DNA from: Mycolicibacterium smegmatis
GTDB taxonomy: Bacteria; Actinomycetota; Actinomycetes; Mycobacteriales; Mycobacteriaceae
Assembly (NCBI RefSeq): GCF_001457595.1
Contig: NZ_LN831039.1
Coordinates: 1,530,001 to 1,562,000 of the forward strand
Direction of reading: 5' to 3'
Length of the DNA: 32,000 nt
Part shown: piece after piece, positions 25,518 through 32,000 of the stretch
Numbering within the stretch: position 1 is the first letter of the stretch
Layout: each line of letters begins with the position of its first letter
Translations under genes and position numbers: made by a program
The notes under the pieces: model-generated
Database searches by the model: none
Told to the model about the DNA's origin: nothing
Seen by the model: the letters and a program-made list of their open reading frames with translations, nothing else

Positions 25518-26431
25518 TCGTCACCGTCACACCCAATCCGAGCCTCGACCGCACGCTGCACCTCCCGGCGCTGCGGCCCGGCGAGGTCAACCGCGCCACG
25601 TCGACCATGACCGAGCCCAGCGGCAAGGGCGTCAACGTCGCACTCGCCCTGCACGGCGCCGGTCACGCGACCCGTGCCGTCCTGCCTGTCGGAGGATCGG
25701 TCGGCGCCGAGATCGCCTCGGCGCTTGAGGGTTTCGGTTTGGACACGATCGGCGTTCCCGTCGCCGGATCGGTGCGCAGCAACGTCACGCTGGTCGAGGC
25801 CGACGGGCGCAGCACCAAGGTCAACGAACCCGGACCGCAGCTGTCCGAAGACGAGGTGGACGCGCTGTGCGCCGCCGCCCTGGCTGATACCGCCGACTGG
25901 GTGGTGTGGGCGGGCAGCCTGCCCGCGGGTTTTGCGCCGGCACGGTTGGCCGCAGCGGTGGACGAGGCCCGGGCTGCCGGGCGGCGGGTGGCCGTCGACG
26001 CGTCCGGGGCCGCGATGACGGCCGTACTCGCCGGCGGTTCACCGCACCTGATCAAGCCGAATCTCGACGAACTGGCCGACGCGACCGGCGCGACGCCGGC
26101 GACGCTGGCCGACGTGGTCGACGCGGCGCGCTCCCTCAGGGTGGATACCGTGCTGGTGAGCCTGGGCGGTGACGGGGCCGTGCTGGTGACCTCGGACCTC
26201 GCGTTGCACGGCACCGCGCCGGTGGGCCGCGTGGTCAACACCGTCGGGGCAGGGGATGCCCTGCTCGCCGGATATCTGGCGGCGTGCTCAGACGGACCGG
26301 CCGACGCACTGGCGTCGGCGTTGCGGTTCGGCGCCACCGCAGTCGAACATAAAGGCACCCTCATCGGCGTGCCCGATCCGCAGCGGCCCGTGAGTATCGG
26401 CCCGGTGCGCGGCGACTTGCGTCTAGGTTGA
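25514..26431 (+). CDS. PfkB-family 1-phosphofructokinase/tagatose-6-phosphate kinase-like
   Basis: MIVTVTPNPSLDRTLHLPALRPGEVNRATS; GGSVGAEIASALEGFG; VVNTVGAGDALLAGYLAA; ATGA overlap with DeoR gene. Confidence 0.92.
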   Translation: MIVTVTPNPSLDRTLHLPALRPGEVNRATSTMTEPSGKGVNVALALHGAGHATRAVLPVGGSVGAEIASALEGFGLDTIGVPVAGSVRSNVTLVEADGRSTKVNEPGPQLSEDEVDALCAAALADTADWVVWAGSLPAGFAPARLAAAVDEARAAGRRVAVDASGAAMTAVLAGGSPHLIKPNLDELADATGATPATLADVVDAARSLRVDTVLVSLGGDGAVLVTSDLALHGTAPVGRVVNTVGAGDALLAGYLAACSDGPADALASALRFGATAVEHKGTLIGVPDPQRPVSIGPVRGDLRLG

Positions 26432-26457
26432 CAACAGGCGGACCAGAGGGGGCGGGC

Positions 26458-27645
26458 ATGGCGGCACCGCGTATCGGCGTGATCGGGGCGGGCATCGTCG
26501 GGCTCGCGGTGGCGCGTCGTCTCCAACAGAAGCTGCAGGCGGACGTGACGGTCCTCGACAAAGAGAACGTCGTGGCTGCGCATCAGACCGGACACAACAG
26601 CAACGTCGTGCATTCCGGTGTCTACTACCCGCCCGGTTCACTGAAGGCCACGCTGTGCCGCCGCGGCGTTGGCCTGCTGCGGGCGTACTGCATGGAGCGT
26701 GGCCTGCCGTATGACGAACTCGGCAAGGTGATCGTCGCTGTGCAGACCGATGAGCTGCCACGTCTGCACGACCTGGCCAAGCGGGCCGTGGACAACGGCA
26801 TCCCGGACACACGGGTGATCGACCGGGCCGAACTGCGTGAGCGTGAGCCCCACGTCGACGGGTTGGCCGCGTTGCTGATCCCCAGCACCGCGGTGGTCAG
26901 CTTCCCCGCGATCGCCGAGGAGTTTCGCGCCGACATCGAGGCGGCCGGCGGTCAGTTCCGGCTGGGATCACCCGCGGTGGGGATCGCTTCGCGGGATGGC
27001 GGGGTGGTGATCACCACCGACGAAGACGAGTTCGTGTTCGACCATGTGGTGGTGTGTGCGGGGTTGCAGTCGTCGATGATCGCCGAAATGGCCGGTGCGC
27101 CACGGGATCCTGAGATCATCCCGTTTCGGGGTGAGTACTACTCGCTGGTGGCGTCCCGGTCGGACCTCGTCAAGGGGTTGGTGTATCCGGTTCCCGACCC
27201 GCGCTATCCGTTCCTCGGTGTGCATTTCACGCGGGGGATCGACGGCCACGTGCACGTCGGTCCCAACGCGGTGCTGGCGCTGGCGCAGGAGGGCTACCGG
27301 TGGCGCGACATCAACGTGCGGCAGTTGTGGCGTTCGGTGAGCTATCCCGGCATGCTGCGCCTGGCGCGTCACCATTGGCGCATGGGCGCCAGTGAGATCG
27401 TGGGTTCGATGAGCAAGTCGGTGTTCCTGCGTCGTGCCCGTGCCTACATCCCGGAACTGACCGCTTCGGACATCGTGCGTGCGGAATCCGGTGTACGCGC
27501 CCAGGCTTTGAAGCCCGACGGAAACCTGGTCGACGACTTCGTGATTCATCGTCTTGCCGGAATGACGTTCGTCCGCAATGCGCCGTCCCCCGCAGCGACG
27601 GCCTCACTCGCGATCGCCGAACACATCGTCGACGCCCTGGCGTGA
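26458..27645 (+). CDS. lhgO: FAD-dependent L-2-hydroxyglutarate dehydrogenase/oxidase-like protein
   Basis: RIGVIGAGIVGLAVARRLQQKLQADVTVLDKENVVAAHQTGHNSNVVHSGVYYPPGSLKATLCRRG is strongly LhgO-like; FRGEYYSL and PFLGVHFTRGIDGHVHVGPNAVLA motifs. Confidence 0.88.
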   Translation: MAAPRIGVIGAGIVGLAVARRLQQKLQADVTVLDKENVVAAHQTGHNSNVVHSGVYYPPGSLKATLCRRGVGLLRAYCMERGLPYDELGKVIVAVQTDELPRLHDLAKRAVDNGIPDTRVIDRAELREREPHVDGLAALLIPSTAVVSFPAIAEEFRADIEAAGGQFRLGSPAVGIASRDGGVVITTDEDEFVFDHVVVCAGLQSSMIAEMAGAPRDPEIIPFRGEYYSLVASRSDLVKGLVYPVPDPRYPFLGVHFTRGIDGHVHVGPNAVLALAQEGYRWRDINVRQLWRSVSYPGMLRLARHHWRMGASEIVGSMSKSVFLRRARAYIPELTASDIVRAESGVRAQALKPDGNLVDDFVIHRLAGMTFVRNAPSPAATASLAIAEHIVDALA

Positions 27646-27689
27646 GTCAGTCCTAAGCACCGCGCCTGGCACCGCGAGCACCTCACCTG

Positions 27690-28041
27690 GCACCGCGAGC
27701 GTGCGTGTCTGCTCCTCGCCACGCCGCAAAACTTCGACACCCCACGCACTCTCGTCGACAACGAGCGTGCGTCAAATCGCTATTTCGCTGCTCGTAACGC
27801 CACGGCGGAAAAACGCGCTCGCGGTCGCCACTGGTAACGCCACGGCGGAAAAACGCGCTCGCGGTCGCCACTGGTAACGCCACGGCGGAAAAACGCGCTC
27901 GCGGCCGCCACTGTGTTACGAGCGGCGAAGGGGAGAGGGCGCGTACTCCTTTGGCCGGCGTAGGCGCACGCTCAGGCGCTGCGAGCGTGCGTCCAATGCC
28001 GACCGCGAGCGGTGTGTCGGGTAGCAGCCACGCACGCTCGC
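27690..28041. repeat. Cluster of GCGAGCGTGCGT-type repeats in convergent intergenic region
   Basis: Core CGAGCGTGCGT at 27696-27706, 27762-27772 and 27982-27992, and in inverse orientation at 28030-28041; 12-bp perfect inverted pair 27981-27992 / 28030-28041. A 23-nt exact inverse copy of 27690-27712 lies at 5510-5532. Confidence 0.75.
27794..27913. repeat. Three-copy 40-bp tandem repeat
   Basis: GTAACGCCACGGCGGAAAAACGCGCTCGCGGTCGCCACTG at 27794-27833 and 27834-27873 (identical); third copy 27874-27913 with one T-to-C change (27905). Confidence 0.95.
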
Positions 28042-28092
28042 GCTGCGAGGGGACGCCACTGTCTCACTCGCGCTGCATGCACTTCGGGCGCG

Positions 28093-28788
28093 TCAGGTGG
28101 CGCAGGGCGGGCGGGGGCGGTGCGACGGGGGACCGGCGGGTTCCCAGGTGCGCATGGCCGCTTCGAGTGCCGGGCGATCGAGGGCAAAGACCGCGACGGG
28201 TTCCTGGCCGGGGTGATGGCGCATGCCTTCGAGCAGGATCGACGTGTATCGGCGCCACAGGTCGGCATCCACGTGGCCCGCGAATTCGGTGACGGTGCCG
28301 GCGAGCAGCGCGAGCAGCGGCAGATCGGTCGCCGAGACCCCGGGCCGCAGGTGGCCGTCGCGCTGCGCGCGCTCGACGAGTTCGGTCGTCACGACACTCA
28401 ATCGGTCCTGCGCGGCCTTCACGCGATCACCGCCGTAGCACTTGCTGAACGCGATCTCGCGGAGTCCGCGGTCGGTCACGGTCAGTTGGCACTGCTGCTC
28501 GACGAACCATGCGAAACCCTGCCAGGAGTCCGACTTTCGAAGGGCCTCCTCGGCGAGATCGGTGAGCTGGTTCATGGCGTCCTCGAAAATCGCCTCGAGG
28601 AGTTCCTCCTTGGTGGCGAAGCGCCGGTACACCGTGCCCACGCCCACGCCGGCGTGGCGCGCGACGTCGTTGAGATTCGGCTCAAGACCCTTGGCGGCGA
28701 ACAGTTCGCGGGCAGCTTCGAGCACGCGCTTACGGTTGCGCTCCGCGTCCTTGCGCAGAGGCCGCTCCGGCGTCTCGGGGGCACTCAC
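28093..28788 (-). CDS. TetR-family transcriptional regulator, probable local repressor of mmpS-mmpL
   Basis: RKRVLEAARELFAAKGLEPNLNDVARHAGVGVGTVYRRFATKEELLEAIF TetR HTH; divergent from mmpS-mmpL. Confidence 0.93.
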   Translation of the reverse strand: MSAPETPERPLRKDAERNRKRVLEAARELFAAKGLEPNLNDVARHAGVGVGTVYRRFATKEELLEAIFEDAMNQLTDLAEEALRKSDSWQGFAWFVEQQCQLTVTDRGLREIAFSKCYGGDRVKAAQDRLSVVTTELVERAQRDGHLRPGVSATDLPLLALLAGTVTEFAGHVDADLWRRYTSILLEGMRHHPGQEPVAVFALDRPALEAAMRTWEPAGPPSHRPRPPCAT

Positions 28789-28823
28789 CCCGCCGAGTGT
28801 AATGCGGACAACATGAAAGCGGA

Positions 28824-28855
28824 TTGACCTTATCCACTTATGCGGTTAGCTTAAC
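28824..28855 (+). promoter_or_regulatory. Candidate mmpS-mmpL promoter with overlapping palindrome
   Basis: TTGACC (28824-28829) - 17 nt - TAGCTT (28847-28852); palindrome GTTA-GCT-TAAC at 28845-28855 covers the -10. Confidence 0.5.
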
Positions 28856-28957
28856 TACTCGAAACTTTTTGTCCCCGTTGCTCGGGGGCGTGTTCCGGCG
28901 CCGGCGGCCCTGGTGACCTGCCGTCGGCTGCGGTCATCGAGTTCGGGGAAGGTAGCG

Positions 28958-29383
28958 ATGACAAAGGTGCTCGGTCGAATCTGGCTACCTGTGCTGATCG
29001 TCGTCGCGGTCGCCGCGGGTGCACTGATCGTGATGAACGTGCGCACCGTGTTCGGGTCGAACCCTGTAGTGGTGACGGAGAAGACCTCGGACAACGCCGA
29101 GGACTTCAACCCGAAGGTCGTGACGTACGAGATCTTCGGCTCCGGCTCATCGGCCGTGATCAATTACATGGATCTCGAAGGCATGCCGCAGCGCGTCGAG
29201 AGCACACCGCTGCCGTGGAGCCTGACGCTGCAGACGACGCTGCCGTCGGTGATGCCCCACATCATGGCCCAGGGTGACGGCGACAGCATCACGTGTCGGG
29301 TCACCGTCGACGACGTGGTCAAAGAAGAGAGGACCGCCACCGGCATGAACGCCGAAACCTTCTGCTATGTGAAGGCAGCATGA
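28958..29383 (+). CDS. mmpS: MmpS-family membrane protein (MmpL accessory)
   Basis: [34 protein letters not shown]; [70 protein letters not shown]; RBS GGGGAAGG. Confidence 0.95.
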   Translation: MTKVLGRIWLPVLIVVAVAAGALIVMNVRTVFGSNPVVVTEKTSDNAEDFNPKVVTYEIFGSGSSAVINYMDLEGMPQRVESTPLPWSLTLQTTLPSVMPHIMAQGDGDSITCRVTVDDVVKEERTATGMNAETFCYVKAA

Positions 29384-32000
29384 GCGCGCCGACGGACGAC
29401 ACCCCGACCGACGCGATCGCCGCGCCTCGTCACTCGGCGCCCCCGCGGCCACGGCTGCCCTGGTTCATGCGCACGTTCGCGGTGCCCATCATCCTGGCCT
29501 GGGTCGCGATCGTCGCGATCCTCAACACCGTCGTCCCGACGCTCGACGAGGTCGGCGAGATGCGCGCGGTGTCGATGGCCCCCAACGACGCACCGTCGAC
29601 GCTCGCCATCAAGCGCGTCGGCCAGGTGTTCGAAGAGTACGACACCAGCAGCTCGGTGATGATCGTGCTGGAAGGCGAAGAGCCCCTTGGCATCGAGGCG
29701 CACGCCTTCTACGACAAGATGGTCGCCGATCTGCGTGCCGACACCGAACACGTGCAGCACGTCCAGGACTTCTGGGGCGACACCCTCACCGCGTCGGGCG
29801 CCCAGAGCGTCGACGGCAAGGCCGCCTACGTCCAGGTCTACATCGCCGGTGACCAGGGTGAGTCACTGGCCAACGAGTCGGTCGAGGCGGTCCGCAAGAT
29901 CGCCACCGAACGCGAGATGCCTTCCGGCGTCAAGGCTTACGTGACGGGCGCCGCGGCGACGAGCGCGGATCAGCGCGCCGAGGGCGACGCCAGCATGAAG
30001 CTGATCGAGGGCGTCACCTTCGCGGTCATCACCGTGATGCTGCTGGCGGTCTACCGCTCGGTCATCACGACGCTGATCGTGCTGGCGATGGTGGTGCTGG
30101 GGCTCTCCGGCGCCCGCGGGATCGTGGCATTCCTGGGTTTTTACAACGTCTTCGGGCTGACCACGTTCGCGACCAACATGGTGGTGACGCTGGCCATCGC
30201 CGCGGCCACCGACTACGCGATCTTCCTGATCGGCCGCTATCAGGAGGCGCGGCGAGCCGGTGAGGACCGAGAATCGGCCTACTACACCATGTTCCACGGG
30301 ACGGCCCACGTCGTTTTGGCGTCGGGTCTGACCATCGCGGGTGCGACGCTGTGCCTGCACTTCACCCGGCTGCCGTACTTCCAGACGATGGGCGTCCCGC
30401 TGGCGATCGGCATGCTGATCGTGGTGGCCGCGGCGCTCACCGCCGGTCCTGCCGTGATCTCGGTGGTAAGCCGGTTCGGAAAGACCCTGGAACCCAAGCG
30501 TTTCAGCCGGTCGCCGGGGTGGCACCGCGTCGGCACCGCGACCGTGCGCTGGCCCGGCGCGATCCTGGTGTGCGCGGTCGTTGCGGCACTGATCGGCCTG
30601 CTCGCGCTGCCCGGTTACTACACCACCTACGACGACCGGCGCTACCTGCCCGATGACGTCCCGGCGAACGTCGGGTACGACGCGGCGTTCCGGCACTTCT
30701 CGCAGGCCAAGATGAATCCCGACCTGATGATGGTCGAGACCGACCGCGATCTGCGCAACCCGGCCGACTTCCTGGTGATCGACAAGATCGCCAAGGCGCT
30801 CAAGAACGTTCATGGCATCGCCCAGGTGCAGACCATCACCCGGCCCGACGGTGACCCGATCGAACACTCGACGATCCCGTACACGATCGGCCAGAGCGGC
30901 ACCACGCAGATCATGAACAACGACTACATGCAGACCAACCTGGACAATCTGCTCAAGCAGGCCGACGATCTGCAGACCAGCATCGACTCGATGACCGAGA
31001 TGATGAACATCCAGACCGAGCTCGCGGCGGTGTCGCAATCGATGGCCGACAAGATGGCGCAGACGTCGGATGACACTGCGGACGTCCGGGATCATCTGGC
31101 GGACTTCGACGATTTCTTCCGCCCGATCCGCAACTACCTGTACTGGGAACCGCACTGCTACGACATCCCGATGTGCTGGTCGATGCGGTCGATCTTCGAG
31201 AGCATCGACGGCATCAACACCATGTCCGACGATTTCCAGGAACTGGTGCCCGAGATGCGGCGCATGGCCGATCTGATGCCGCGCATGGTCGCCGTGATGC
31301 CGGCACAGATCCAGTCGATGAAGAACCAGAAGCAGACGCTGCTGAACCAGTACCAGGTGCAGAAGGCCCAGCAGGATCAGAACATGGCCATGCAGGAAAA
31401 CGCCACGGCCATGAGCCAGGCGTTCGACGCGGCCAAGAACGACGACTCGTTCTATCTGCCGCCGGAGGCCTTCGAGACCGACGACTTCCAGCGGGGCATG
31501 AAGCTGTTCATGTCGCCGGACGGACATGCGGTGCGCTTCACCATCATTCACCAGGGTGACCCGCTGACCGAAGAGGGCACCGCGCGCATGGACGAACTCA
31601 AGGTCGCCGCGGCCGACGCGATCAAGGGCACCCCGTTCGAGGGTGCGCGCATCTACCTCGGCGGCAGCGCCGCGACGTACAACGACATGCAGATCGGCGC
31701 CGACTACGACCTGATCATCGTCGCGGCCTCGGCGCTGATCCTGATCTTCATCATCATGATGGTGCTCACCCGGGCCGTCGTGGCCGCGGCCGTGATCGTC
31801 GGGACGGTGGTGCTGAGCCTGGCCTCGGCGTTCGGACTGTCGGTGCTGCTGTGGCAGCACATCGTCGGGATCCCGCTGCACTGGATGGTGCTGCCGATGT
31901 CGGTGATCGTGCTGCTGGCCGTCGGCGCGGACTACAACCTGCTGCTGGTCTCGCGCATGAAAGAGGAAATCCACGCAGGCATCCGGACCGGCATCATCCG
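29380..32000 (+). CDS. mmpL: MmpL-family RND transporter, 3'-truncated by window edge
   Basis: ATGA overlap with mmpS; conserved [23 protein letters not shown] and [20 protein letters not shown] motifs; large loop with coiled-coil-like segment; frame open to the window end. Confidence 0.96.
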   Translation, partial: MSAPTDDTPTDAIAAPRHSAPPRPRLPWFMRTFAVPIILAWVAIVAILNTVVPTLDEVGEMRAVSMAPNDAPSTLAIKRVGQVFEEYDTSSSVMIVLEGEEPLGIEAHAFYDKMVADLRADTEHVQHVQDFWGDTLTASGAQSVDGKAAYVQVYIAGDQGESLANESVEAVRKIATEREMPSGVKAYVTGAAATSADQRAEGDASMKLIEGVTFAVITVMLLAVYRSVITTLIVLAMVVLGLSGARGIVAFLGFYNVFGLTTFATNMVVTLAIAAATDYAIFLIGRYQEARRAGEDRESAYYTMFHGTAHVVLASGLTIAGATLCLHFTRLPYFQTMGVPLAIGMLIVVAAALTAGPAVISVVSRFGKTLEPKRFSRSPGWHRVGTATVRWPGAILVCAVVAALIGLLALPGYYTTYDDRRYLPDDVPANVGYDAAFRHFSQAKMNPDLMMVETDRDLRNPADFLVIDKIAKALKNVHGIAQVQTITRPDGDPIEHSTIPYTIGQSGTTQIMNNDYMQTNLDNLLKQADDLQTSIDSMTEMMNIQTELAAVSQSMADKMAQTSDDTADVRDHLADFDDFFRPIRNYLYWEPHCYDIPMCWSMRSIFESIDGINTMSDDFQELVPEMRRMADLMPRMVAVMPAQIQSMKNQKQTLLNQYQVQKAQQDQNMAMQENATAMSQAFDAAKNDDSFYLPPEAFETDDFQRGMKLFMSPDGHAVRFTIIHQGDPLTEEGTARMDELKVAAADAIKGTPFEGARIYLGGSAATYNDMQIGADYDLIIVAASALILIFIIMMVLTRAVVAAAVIVGTVVLSLASAFGLSVLLWQHIVGIPLHWMVLPMSVIVLLAVGADYNLLLVSRMKEEIHAGIRTGII

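Noticed and set aside
27794-27913. CRISPR array
   Set aside because: The 40-bp units are directly contiguous with no spacers and no cas genes are present; it is a plain tandem repeat.
27646-28092. Insertion sequence or transposon remnant
   Set aside because: No transposase fragment or target-site duplication visible. Only short inverted and tandem repeats are present, reported instead as an undefined repeat element.
29863-31974. 703-aa antisense ORF over mmpL
   Set aside because: His/Gln/Arg-rich shadow translation over a clear MmpL gene with conserved transmembrane motifs.

Overview
This is a high-GC actinobacterial chromosomal window. Protein sequences and gene order match fast-growing mycobacteria, very probably Mycobacterium (Mycolicibacterium) smegmatis around rpoB-rpoC. 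Left to right it holds: the 3' part of a GH38 alpha-mannosidase; a small conserved protein; a ROK-family sugar kinase; an rplJ leader with rplJ-rplL; the mceG/Mkl-type ABC ATPase; a long rpoB upstream region; rpoB-rpoC; and a bidirectional hairpin terminator. Next comes an accessory carbohydrate/polyol catabolic locus: a LacI regulator divergent from polyol dehydrogenase, PMI-like protein, single-NBD ABC ATPase, permease and solute-binding lipoprotein, then a class II aldolase divergent from FGGY kinase, DeoR regulator and PfkB kinase. The window ends with an LhgO-like FAD oxidoreductase, an unusual repeat-rich intergenic region, and a TetR regulator divergent from mmpS-mmpL (mmpL is cut by the window edge). 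No mobile element, CRISPR, phage or defence system is supported. The items most worth follow-up are the 17.4-26.4 kb catabolic locus with its paired candidate LacI operators, the 40-bp tandem array bracketed by 15-nt inverted repeats at 27.78-27.93 kb, a dispersed GCGAGCGTGCGT repeat family, and the rpoB and rplJ upstream regions, including a possible leaderless small ORF.
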